From Batkoa obscura (Eukaryota), in contig JASVEC010000154.1 of assembly GCA_030770535.1 (NCBI GenBank), positions 1 to 39,991 on the forward strand: 39,991 nt of DNA, written 5' to 3'. A program made the translations under genes and the position numbers. The notes beneath the pieces were generated by a model that was given only the letters and a program-made list of their open reading frames with translations, was not told the DNA's origin and made no database searches. Shown here piece by piece: positions 11,986-23,023 of this stretch. Numbering within the stretch: position 1 is the first letter of the stretch; every line of letters starts with the position of its first letter.

Positions 11986-13215
11986 CAAATTTTCCTACAC
12001 AAAAGTTAATTTTTATAGTTAGTTTGAACAGAAAAAGCCTATTTTAACTAAGTATAAAAAAAGTTGCTGCTTTTATTAACCAATTATTAACAAATCCCCT
12101 CTTTTGTGTCCTTTTAATAGTTTAACGACCTACTAACTGAACAAAATTCAATTTAAAACTAACTTTCATTTCATCAAGAATCAAACAACCCAATTTTTTT
12201 GAATTTTATTTTTGACGTGTAATGAACTACTTTCATATGTACCCACTCAATCGTTATTAACCAAACTTTTTATTTCTCCTATATTGTTTCTTAATACTTT
12301 AGTTTATCCTCTGGCTTGCATTAATTTATTTGTAATAAATAAAAGCTGTATTGGGTCTATCGTTTATTATTTTGTATTTATATTGTTTTTTGTTTTGCTT
12401 TTTTAATATGTAAGTTGTTAGAATATATCTGAATTTTGTATTAGTATCAGTGTCCCAGAAAAATGTATTTATACTCCTTTTATAGAGATATTGAATACTA
12501 TTTCTATTATATAAATCCTATAAATAACATTTAGTATATGAGTTTTTGTAAATTTAAGTTATTTTTTAAATTTCAAGCTACTTAAAAAGTGGACAAAACA
12601 TTGAAGAAGTAAAGACATTCAGTATATTGTTTTTATCCAAATATTTTGAATTAAGAAAAAATCTGTTAAAATGATATTTCAATAGATGGAAATGATATTT
12701 AATAAAAAATATATCGAAATCAACAAATCATTTTTTAGTTTATCATAAAGATTTAAAGTAAAAAGGTATATGATATTTTTGGCAATATTACAAAATTTAA
12801 AGAATCAAATAAACAGAAACAGATTTATGACTGATCTAATATTTGATCTATAAAGTAAAAGTGCTTGTCCATGTAAACCAATGAAAAAAGTATATACAAA
12901 AAGCTAGAAGGCATATGTTGATAACTCTTAAAAAGACTAATTTTCTTATATTTTTACTGCCCCTTATTTTTAATCTACTTTGTACTCATTTAAATATTAA
13001 ACTATCACATATTTTGCCCATAAATTTCCATTAAAAACCATGAGTTATTTCATTGATATCTAAACTGAGAACTCAAAGCTAATAGTGTTATAAAAACTTT
13101 AACTGATTAACATTTATTAAAATAAATACTAAAAAATAGAAACTAACTATTATAATTTAATTTAAGCATAAAAAGTAGTATTTGACAACAAGAAAACAAA
13201 CAAAACTATTTTTTG

Positions 13216-13771
13216 TTATAAATATCTTTTAGCAACAGCACGTACTTTAAGGTCAAATTCTTTGCTATTGATCTTGTTATTGACATCATAAAATGGATTT
13301 AATAATACCTAAAAAATTAAGTACAGTTTAAAAAATAATGAGAGAAATTACTTTCAAATACAACTCATGTACTTCGATGAAAAAACTTCTAATCGAATCC
13401 TCATTTTGAACTCCATGCATTAACATAAACTTTACATAGCTTGGTGTAACATAAGCTGATATTAACCAATCGTTAAACTTATCCACTGTTTTTAAATATC
13501 TAATCATGGCCTGTTATTATCTTGATTTTACTAAATTATAATTAACCTTACAAATCTTTGTTTAGCCACATTACATCTTCCACAATATCCAATGCGCCAT
13601 GTACAATAAACTGATTTAAATGTTTATACTCTTCACCCTTGACTTCTAGTTCAATGCTAATAATCTTTTATATCCTTTATTAGTTACCTTATTATTATTT
13701 GTTGAATATCCAAACTCCGCTTCATAAATTGGATTGTCTTTTAATCCTACTATAGCAAAATAATATGACAT
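13216..13771 (-). CDS. TRS20: TRAPP complex subunit Trs20 / sedlin (TRAPPC2), 4 exons; absent from ORF track
   Basis: Spliced minus-strand translation: MSYYFAIVGLKDNPIYEAEFG...HLNQFIVHGALDIVEDVMW...YLKTVDKFNDWLISAYVT...FMLMH...IRSFFIEVHELYLKVLLNPFY...FDLKVRAVAKRYL*. This matches the sedlin consensus along its whole length. Confidence 0.92.
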
Positions 13772-14769
13772 TTTAAAAAGAGAATAAAAATAAGTAAATA
13801 CTACATCAGTTTAATGGCCCAATAAAAAAGAACCAATTAAGAGTTGTAATTATAAACATAGATTTAAAGACTATTTGTTGAAATAAATAGTAATATTTAA
13901 AATCTACTAAATAACTATACTCCAGCCATGAAAAATAGCATAACATGGCATGATTTGTAAATTATGTATTGTTTGTAATGATAGAATATACCTATGGTAT
14001 AAATTATGAAATACTATGAAGTTTAAGCATTTTTAAAATAAAGCTCAATAAAACTAACATATACATTATCGAGAAAGTCAGAACACTCCTAGCCATATTA
14101 GGGAATAAATAATATTTAATATTAGTTTAAAAAATGCTAATCATCACTACTACAACTATAACAGTTAAAATAAAATCAAGTATTTTGGAAATTCCAGAAA
14201 AAACTAAGCAATTTTTACAGTTTTTGCAATTCAATTTTTTTTAACTGATAGACTAAAATAAAGAATATTGGAAACAATGTAGATTTAAGAGGGATTAGTT
14301 ATAATTTTAGTACTGTTAATTTATTTATTCATTTTTTATAGCTTCTGAATCTAGTGAAATAAGAAGCTTGATAAAATAATAAGAATCTTCTTATTTATTA
14401 TAATTTTAATTGTAACAGGTATAATTAAAAGTTGTGATAAAATCTATAGATTTGTTATTAAAAAGCAAAAATATCTGATATGGTTTTATTATTTTATTAT
14501 AGTTTGAATTATAAGTCAGCAAAATTTCACTAAATTTAATAAAAATTCCTAGATTAACAAGATTTCTATTAATATTAACCAAAATTGTAATATATAAATG
14601 AATACATGTTCTTGTAAAACCTAGTTAAAAAATGTTTGTTATTGACTGGGTTATATCCAGTATTACAGACTTGCTATTAAATAAATAAATTATTTCAACG
14701 TTATAACTATATTATTAATACATTACTCTAAACCAATAAATAGCTGCATGGAAGGGAATGGCCACCCTT

Positions 14770-15206
14770 TGTAAAATCTGGTACTCAGTGATTAGAGTCA
14801 AAAGCAGCTTTTACTTGGTTGACTAGTTGTAAGTCAGAAGGTCTTAGTCTATGTAACTAAGTTAGACTTGACTTATAAACAATAGCACATAATAGGCTAC
14901 AAACTATGTAAGACAAATAGAATAGACAATACTATTGCAAAATCTACGTAAAATAGTATAGAAAGATTTAATGGCTTTATTAAAAGTAATGACATCAGGG
15001 AATAATTCAGTTAAAAAGCTCCCTTTATACTTCAATAAGTATGGATATCAAAATGAGAGGATAATATTCTTCCGATGGGAAGTTGGAAATTTTCGCAACA
15101 AATCAAAATAAAAGGTTTGGGATTGATTGTGCCTGAACTCGAGAATACAACTTAAGTGATTGTTATGTTATAATCAATCATAGAGCTGACAAAGTGATAT
15201 TTCACA
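14770..15206 (+). mobile_element. Family B element copy 1 (437 bp; solo LTR or non-autonomous TGT..ACA element), 4-bp TSD CCTT
   Basis: Begins TGTAAAAT and ends ATTTCACA, with CCTT on both sides. It is the reverse-complement homolog of 16341-16804 and 16920-17379. Strand is relative only. Confidence 0.85.
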
Positions 15207-15448
15207 CCTTAAAATTATATATATTTTATTAATAATAATAAGTTGTTAATTTTACTATAGTTATAAATAAATATCTTACATTTTAAAATTAACTAATTAG
15301 TATTTTTTATTTTGTCTAATACTTTAAAGTTATTTTTTTATTATAAAAGATTTTTAAAATGTTTATTAATTATATTTTTTCTACAATGTTTAGCAGAAAA
15401 ACTAAAATCAATATTTAAATTACTATTTACTTTTATAAATTTTTGAAC

Positions 15449-15551
15449 ATATGGGAATGTATTTTTTTGTTTGAACTTTACTAGCAATCTTTCTACTCAG
15501 ATAGTGTTTAGAAAATAGAAAAAGTGATGAAACCAGAAAACATCCCTATAT
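15449..15551 (-). mobile_element. MITE-like family A, copy 4 (inverted, diverged)
   Basis: ATATGGGAATGTATTTTTTTG...GAAAAAGTGATGAAACCAGAAAACATCCCTATAT. Confidence 0.75.
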
Positions 15552-15665
15552 ACTACAAAAACGAGGTTTAAAGTAGTTTTTCATATCTACTTACATACTA
15601 GTTTTTGTAAATTTTATAAATAGAAGCTTTTTAATTATTAAATCAATTGAATAGTTTTTTTTATA

Positions 15666-15771
15666 TATTGGGGGCGTTTTTTTTGACTTCATTATTTTTT
15701 CCATCTTTTATAGTGCTATTTTACTAGAAAAATTGAGTAAAATTCTTGAATACAAAAGTACATCCCCATAT
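15666..15771 (+). mobile_element. MITE-like family A, copy 5
   Basis: TATTGGGGGCGTTTTTTTTGACTTCATTATTTTTTCCATC...CAAAAGTACATCCCCATAT. Confidence 0.75.
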
Positions 15772-16166
15772 GTTGAATTATAGTTTAACATTTTAGATAA
15801 ATAATTAAAATAAACTCTGTTTATTATTTTATTTTTTAAATATAAAGCATCAAGCCTTAATATTAGTATAGCTTATTTATTATACTATTTTAAATTTTTT
15901 ATATTCATATTTTATTAAAAATTTTATCGTATAACTTTTATTATATAACTCTTTGATAGTTTTATTAAACATGTTTTTTGAGTATTAATATAAAACTTAT
16001 AATTTATACGACTTTTTTTTATTAAAAGACTTTATATCTTTGTTTCATTTTCTATCGTTATGCTTATTTTATTTTTACTAAATTTTGACAAAATAATTGA
16101 ACTATTAGATAAATATTACATGACAATTTTAATTTACTCTTTGTATTTTTGATAATAAATTATAAT

Positions 16167-16203
16167 GTTAATAAAACTCTTAAATACAAAAATACATCCC
16201 CAT
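16167..16203 (+). repeat. MITE-like family A, isolated right-end fragment
   Basis: GTTAATAAAACTCTTAAATACAAAAATACATCCCCAT matches the 3' third of the consensus. Confidence 0.6.
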
Positions 16204-16340
16204 TTATTGGTTTTTATTTCCTGTTTTTTTAAAGCATTAATTTTATACATTGCTTAATTAAATTTACTTTTGTTAATAATAAACTTTAATATTTTTTATT
16301 TTATTTTGTTTTATTATAAAATTCTATAAACTTTGGGTTG

Positions 16341-16804
16341 TGTGAAATATCACTTTGTCAGTCTCATGATTAATTATAGCATAATAATCGTCTAAGCTGT
16401 TGTGTTCTCGAGTTCAGAGCAAATCAATCCCACGTCCTTAGTTTGATTTGCTATGAGGATTTCTATCTTCGTCTCAAAGAATATTGTCCTCCTGTTTCGA
16501 TATTCATACTTATTGGAGTATAAAAGAGATTTTAAAACATGATAGCTCGAGGCTTTTTAACTGAATTATTCCCTGATATCTCGAACATTTAACAAAGCCA
16601 CCAAATTTTCTTAATAGTATCTTACGTACATTTTACATTAGTATTGTCTATTCTATTTGTCTTACATAGTCTGTAGCCTATTACGTACTATTCTACATAA
16701 TTCAAGTCTATCTTAGTCACATAAACTAAAACCTTTCGACTTATAGTGTAGTCAACCAAGCAATAGCTGTTTTTGACTCCAAACACTGAGTACCAGATTT
16801 CACA
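16341..16804 (-). mobile_element. Family B element copy 2 (464 bp), near-TSD GTTG/ATTG
   Basis: TGTGAAAT...ATTTCACA termini. Colinear with copy 3 but more diverged. Confidence 0.85.
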
Positions 16805-16919
16805 ATTGTTATGAATAGCTATTAAAGTTAGTGTAAACGAATCACAGTGTTTATATAGTATGCTTTCATTTATTGTATTGACATTTTTGAAAATTTTAAA
16901 AATTAATTATAAAAGCTTA

Positions 16920-17379
16920 TGTGAAATATTACTTTATCAGCTCTATGATTGATTATAACATAACAATTACTTAAGTTATTGTATTCTCGAGTTCAGACAC
17001 AATCAACCCCAAGCTCTTATTTTGATTTGCTATGAGAAGTTCTGTCAAGTGATTTTGAAGGGCATTATCCTTCTCATTTTGATATCCATACTTGTCAGAG
17101 TATAAAAGAGCTTTTAGAGTATAGTAGCTTAAGGTTTTTTAACTGAACTATTCCCTGGTATTTCATACTTTTAAAACCACTAAATCTTTTTAATAGTATT
17201 TTAGATGGATTTTACAGTAGTGTTGCCTATTCTATTTGTCTTACATAGTCTATAGCCTATTATGTGCTATTGTTTATAAGTCAAGTCTAACTTAGTTACA
17301 TAGACTAAGACCTTCTGACTTACGACTAGTCAACTAAGCAAAAGCTGCTTTTGGCTCTAATTGAGTATCAAATTTCACA
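16920..17379 (-). mobile_element. Family B element copy 3 (460 bp), perfect 4-bp TSD CTTA
   Basis: CTTA|TGTGAAAT...ATTTCACA|CTTA. Confidence 0.88.
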
Positions 17380-18673
17380 CTTATATTTTACTTTAATTTT
17401 AATAAAAAGCAATGTCAAACAACTACATTTTATATATTATATGTCTATCAAACATTCAATAAAAATAAAATAATTAAAATAAGTCTTTTAAGTTGAATTT
17501 TGTTATTTAATTTTAAGCTTTTTAAATTTAATTAACTATATATTAAGGACTTAAATTCAACTTAAAATTTAGGTTAATTTTAAGTAAATTCTGGAACCAA
17601 TTTAGACATCCCCATATGTAAAATTATTATTTTCAATTTATCCTCTAAGCCGGTTTGGCTATTATATAAAGTAATTGGACATAAAAACTCTAATTTAGTA
17701 ATCCAAGAATTTTTTATTAATTTACTATATAATACACAAATGACTTTTTAAAAATATTAACTCGATTCGACTTCAGGAGATACACTCAAAGTGACCATAC
17801 TGTAGGTTACTATTATTACTTAATATCGGAACCTTAAAAAATTCCAAAGAGATTCAACCTCTGGTTTAATGCCAAAGCCCAATTAACTTGTTATACTCAA
17901 AAGCGTTATAATTTTTATGTACAATTTTCGATAATATTTTATTCATAACAGAAGTTATCTATTATAAAATAGATTCTGGTTTATTTCTTTCATTTCTTTT
18001 AAAGTCTTATCTCATTGTAAAGTTTATCAATAAACACATACACTAAAACGCTTTTAGTAAAATATTTCTCTAAAATGTTATTACCTTTTAAATAATTTTA
18101 TACATTATTTTAAATTGGCTTAGTTAATATAAGGTTTTACATACCGGTTTTAATGAAAAATTATTCATTACCTTGAGTATGATATTCTCTTATACCTTAA
18201 AACTAAGTTAGGATAAAACTCATTGAATAATGAATAAACTATTTTTTCAACAAATAACAGTATAATTAAAATAATCAACACCTCAATTACAAACTTTATT
18301 TCAATTATACTTACAGTAAGCTTATAATCATCCCAACTCCGCCTTATTATTGCTGATTAATTTATTAAAAATCTTGTACCGAAATAATGATTAAAGCAAT
18401 TTATTTGATTTTTTAGCTGAACAAATGATCATTATCACTCGACACCAAGCGATCATAAAATCAAAACTAGCTATTCAACAACTACCAAAAAAAGCAACTT
18501 GTAAAAAAAGCAAAATTTTATGGGTAAACACATTAATCATTATTGAACCTTACCAAAACTATTAACTAAGATTATTCTTAAAAACTATGTATTCTTAAGT
18601 AAGAAAATATTATATATTATCAATTTGTACATTAATAAGTTTTTTATTTCTTTTTCATTTTTATCATTTTTCA

Positions 18674-19871
18674 ATGGATTTTACAAAAAAAGAAATGGAC
18701 ACCCTTGGACTAACGAACACTATATGCACTTCACTTTCAATTTTAGGCGCTGTCTTAGTAATAGGGCATCATTTTATAATTAGGAAGCCACAGACTATAG
18801 TATCTAGGATACTTGTATTTATGGCATTTTCTGATTTATTTACATCTTCCTTCAAAGCTATACCAATGTAAAACTATGATATGTATTTAAGTACTTTTTT
18901 TTAACTTTTTGATAGAGAAACAGTTGCGAAAGATGATGCATTATGCCAAACTCAGGCTTTCTTTGTACAGTTTGGAAATCTATCCCATATTCTGTGGTCT
19001 TTGGTCTTATCTTTGTATTTATTTCTGTTATTTTATAAAAGATGGACCATGATGCAATTAATAAAGATACAAAAATACGATTGGATGATGTGTATCTTAC
19101 TTCCATTTATCGTTGCTTTAATACCATTGATGTTTGTTAATTTCGAACCAAAAGTTTATTCTGCTACAAAGCTTTGGTAAGTAAATATAATGTATGTTGA
19201 GTTGAAATTAATTGCTATTTTATAGGTGCTGGATCCCCAAAAAATACTATTATATTCAATTAATAGTTCATTTTGTACCTTTATGGCTGGCTTTTCTTTA
19301 TACTTTGTTTAATTATTCAATGATTGCAAAGAGGATATGGACGTATAGATATTCCGATTTTGATAAAATGACAGCTTATTCAAAATATTCATTTTCAAGA
19401 GCAGCAACTTTGTGTTTGTTATTATTCTTAATCACTTGGATTCCAAGTACTTGTAACAGGGTATACTCGATGATATACGATACTGAAAGTTTTGGATTAA
19501 ATATGTACCAAGGAATCTTTTCTGGACTAAGGGGTTTTAATTACTTTTTGTTGTACGCTTTCTTCCAGATTACAGTTTTAATTAAGAAGAAGAACAACCC
19601 AGATGGAGTTACTATGGCAGATAATGGGTTTATGGGCTCAAATCTAAGCAAAGATGATGCAACTGCATTAAATATGTTTAATAATAGAGTTAATAGAAGG
19701 GCTGATACAGATACCGATTCATTGCAAATCTTTGTATCTGATAACTCAAATCCTCGACAAGCCGATATAGTATATTCAAGTAATGAAGATCCTGCCTTCG
19801 GTAACTCGTTAAGCTCAGTTTCAACAATTGGGAAAACGGTAGTTGAAGCTGTTAAGAAACCATATAATTAA
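18674..19871 (+). CDS. 7-TM G-protein-coupled receptor, cAMP-receptor-like (CRL/Git3-type); exons 18674-18867, 18916-19176, 19226-19871
   Basis: The spliced product has seven hydrophobic segments with SLSILGA (TM1), MAFSD (TM2), LCQTQAFFVQF..LW (TM3), WCWI (ECL2), TWIPSTCNRVY (TM6) and LRGFNYFLLY (TM7). Confidence 0.85.
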
Positions 19872-20410
19872 TATTACAAAGTATCTAAGCTAAATTAATG
19901 CTCTTCATTATCATTTATAATCTTTATAATCTTTATAATTCGCTTTGTATAAGTAACATGTCTCAAACTATAAATAAAATCATTCTTAATATAATAGACA
20001 TTAATTTTCTGTTTTTCTAAAACTGATGTGCAATTTAAATATGACTCTGTTGCTTAATATTTATTTCAAGTTTCAAATATTAGTAAATTTTCGATTAATA
20101 ATAGATTAGCTATAAGAACTGTAAATAATAACATGTTGCATTAATAAATTGCTATTATTCTTAACCCCTTTACCATAAATTTTATTATACTAATAAATTC
20201 TCATAAAATTAAAGTTAACTTAATTGTCAAATTGCTTCAATATCTAGATCAATGAACAGAAAATAAAAATATAATTAGTAAACCAAGCCAAAAGCGAAAA
20301 TAAAATTAAGTTTTGTAAATGGATGATGGTTTTTGCAATAAAGTCATTTTTGCAATGATACAAATCAAACTAGAAATGACTATTCAATTGAAGAATGCTT
20401 TATACAAAAA

Positions 20411-20802
20411 ATGGATCCCACCTTTGAAAAGTTATCGAATATTCATGGCCACTCAGGGTCAATTTCTATTGATAAAGAAGGCAATCTACTACTAGTAAGT
20501 ATTATAGCCTAATTTTGAATAATTGATTTATATTTAAAGAGTAATGGTGAGTGCCAAGATACCCATCCAAACCATGAGAATAGTTATACAAAAACGATAT
20601 ATAATTTAATTCAAGATGTAAACCAACTTATCACAAAAAGTGAAAACCCAGAAACATTTGAAAAGATAACAAGTATTTTATTTATTTATTTCTTTTTATT
20701 GTTTTATTTAATGTTCTTTTAGTTGGTTATAGTGACTCTGAAATTGGATTCACTGTTTTTAATTCTAAAATTTATGGAGTTAAGAAGTCATTAACAAAAT
20801 AA
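20411..20802 (+). CDS. LAMTOR4: Ragulator complex roadblock subunit LAMTOR4-like (98 aa; exons 20411-20494, 20540-20672, 20723-20802); absent from ORF track
   Basis: Spliced: MDPTFEKLSNIHGHSGSISIDKEGNLLLSNGECQDTHPNHENSYTKTIYNLIQDVNQLITKSENPETFEKITIGYSDSEIGFTVFNSKIYGVKKSLTK*. Size and residue pattern fit LAMTOR4 as I recall it, and the introns are GT-AG and phase-consistent. Confidence 0.7.
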
Positions 20803-21182
20803 ATCATTTAATTTAAGTAGGACCATTCTGTTTAATGCATGATGCTGTGTTGACCCATTCAAATAATGTGTTAATTGTAACTTGAGAGTATTTAACAATT
20901 AGAAAATAAAATAAACTGATGAGAAAATTAAAATCTATATGATTAAATACATGTTTTACTGTAAATTAGGATATCTAGTAAATTCTTAAGCATTATATAT
21001 TTATATATACTATGATTTTAAGTAAAAAGAACATGTATTTGTATTTGTAAAATAATAATAATAGTTTAGTAGGTTTATTTTTTAATAACATAGTAGAATA
21101 CATTACATTTAAATGAAAGGATTGAAAAAGCGAGATATTTGGATAGAAACTAAAATTATGGTTAAATATAGAATTTATGAAA

Positions 21183-22589
21183 TCATACAATAGGTGGAGG
21201 TGGATCAAAAGTGGAGCCTTGGAATGGAGTAGAGAATGGTATTTGGTTATTAGCTGTTACAGCATTAGGGTACATTGTTGAAGTGTTCATCATGGAGCCC
21301 ATTGAATTATTTATCATAGGATTTGTTTGGAATTGAGTTTGTCCTAAATTTAAGTTTGCATTATTTAAATTAGGGTTTGATGTCATATCAATTTTCTTTT
21401 CCAAAATTTCTACATAATTACTTGGGAACATACCAACCTTCCCATCCCTTGTACGACCTTGCCACCATTGTGGAGCTGCCCCATTAGTATTGGTTGGAGA
21501 GCCTTTAGACAAAATAGCAATAAGATCATCTTTAAAAAAGTTTAACTCATTAGAATTTTGGCCTTTGAAGTCATAACTAGCTTTAGCAAATTCAAAAGTT
21601 TGTTGTGGCATACCGTTTGGACCTATCAGACCTTGGCTCTTTAACAACTCTTGTTGTTTTTTAGCCATGCGCCTAGCCATGGATTTCATAAATAAATGTA
21701 GAAGATAAGGAACACCAAACACTAAACCTAAGAACATGAGGAAAGGTCTGAAAGAATATTTTGGTTTCTCAGAGAATTTCTTAAACTCTTTAGTGCTAAT
21801 TTCATTTGGGCTAATAGGTGGTCTTTTTCCTACTAAGCGATAAAGGAAATTACGAACGCTACGATAAATTGCAAATAATGAGAACATTTGCGCAAGCGAG
21901 TTTCTAAGCATACCAAAGTGGTCAGCAACTCCTACCATAGCCATAAAAGAAGAATGTGTGGCAAAATAAGTGGATTCTAACATCTGTGCAATACCTCCAA
22001 AAGTACCAACAACTCTTTCTAAAAGTTGAAATGTAGATTGTGTTGAAAGTTGCATTTGGTGAGCAAAAGAGGGGTCTTCAGGCCCCATTCTACCTCCATT
22101 CATTCCCATACGATTGTAAGGGCCGTATCTGTTCATCCCATATCCTCCCATTCCACCATACATTGATCCCATTCCACTACCATAACCACCTCCATACATT
22201 GACCCATAGCCTGATCCGTAACTTGATCCATACCCACTTCCATATCCTGAGCCATACATTGACCCCATTCCACCTCCATACCCACTACCATAGCTACTTC
22301 CATACATTGACCCATAACCTGAGCCATAGCTTGAGCCATATCCACTTCCATACCCTGATCCATAGCTAGAACTTCCTAAACCGTATGAACTTGTATTGTT
22401 ACCTAAACCTATATTAGAAGTTGTACTTGAACCAAAATCAGGTCTTGATGGCAAAGGGGGTTGGGCTGAATTAGCTGAAGAATCGGTCGGAGGGAAAGGT
22501 GTGCTGCTTGAACTGGGCGCGGCATTTCCATTAAAAGATGCTTGTGCGCTATTACCTTTAGTTTCCCATGGCTTTGGTGGTGAGGGCAT
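21183..22589 (-). CDS. PEX13: Peroxisomal docking/translocation peroxin Pex13
   Basis: N-terminal PPKPWE, YG-rich repeat domain, Peroxin-13_N segment (GGIAQMLESTYFATHSSFMAMVGVADHF), TM, and C-terminal SH3 (ASYDF...WWQGRTRDGKVGMFPSNYV). Confidence 0.96.
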   Translation of the reverse strand: MPSPPKPWETKGNSAQASFNGNAAPSSSSTPFPPTDSSANSAQPPLPSRPDFGSSTTSNIGLGNNTSSYGLGSSSYGSGYGSGYGSSYGSGYGSMYGSSYGSGYGGGMGSMYGSGYGSGYGSSYGSGYGSMYGGGYGSGMGSMYGGMGGYGMNRYGPYNRMGMNGGRMGPEDPSFAHQMQLSTQSTFQLLERVVGTFGGIAQMLESTYFATHSSFMAMVGVADHFGMLRNSLAQMFSLFAIYRSVRNFLYRLVGKRPPISPNEISTKEFKKFSEKPKYSFRPFLMFLGLVFGVPYLLHLFMKSMARRMAKKQQELLKSQGLIGPNGMPQQTFEFAKASYDFKGQNSNELNFFKDDLIAILSKGSPTNTNGAAPQWWQGRTRDGKVGMFPSNYVEILEKKIDMTSNPNLNNANLNLGQTQFQTNPMINNSMGSMMNTSTMYPNAVTANNQIPFSTPFQGSTFDPPPPIV

Positions 22590-22916
22590 TTTTAAATTGA
22601 ATAAAAGATTGATAAATATAAACTAAATAAATAGAATTTGGTAGTATTATGCCCTAACTCTTAGATGATTTTTGTGGTTGTAATAAGTTTGTCGTTCCTA
22701 TTAAATAGGTTTGAAGCCATAAAACGCCAATTGATTGGATAGAAGTTAATTGATTCAGCATTTATTTTTCAAGGGAGAGTGTAATTTTAGCCTTTTAATT
22801 GGTTATAATTATTTCATCATTTCTAATTGGATATCCTTGTAATTACTTAGGCCCGTTTCATTTTCATATGGTAAAGCTAATATTAGTAATAATTAATCAA
22901 AGCATAAACCATCACA

Positions 22917-23023
22917 ATATGGGGGTATATTTTTTGTTCAAGAGTTTTACTAACAATAGTCTTTCCACTCAAATGGCGCTTAAAAAATGGAAAAAGTGAT
23001 AAAACCAAGAAAATACCCCATAT
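22917..23023 (-). mobile_element. MITE-like family A, copy 6 (inverted)
   Basis: ATATGGGGGTATATTTTTTG...ACCAAGAAAATACCCCATAT. It explains the spurious ORF at 22799-22999. Confidence 0.8.

Noticed and set aside
12212..12406. Short hydrophobic ORF (similar cases at 4450-4635, 20993-21208, 25365-25568, 35433-35654, 36715-36933)
   Set aside because: Mostly non-ATG starts with F/I/L/K/N-rich composition expected from random AT-rich DNA, UTRs or MITE remnants.
16341..17379. Copies 2 and 3 of family B as the paired LTRs of one TRIM-like retroelement
   Set aside because: Each has its own flanking duplication, the outer flanks (GTTG vs CTTA) do not match, and the 115-bp spacer has no recognisable PBS or polypurine tract.
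22040..22626. His-rich and Met/Gln-repeat ORFs (22040-22369 +, 22133-22363 -, 22396-22626 +)
   Set aside because: Antisense or alternate-frame shadows of the PEX13 YG-repeat and Pro-rich regions.
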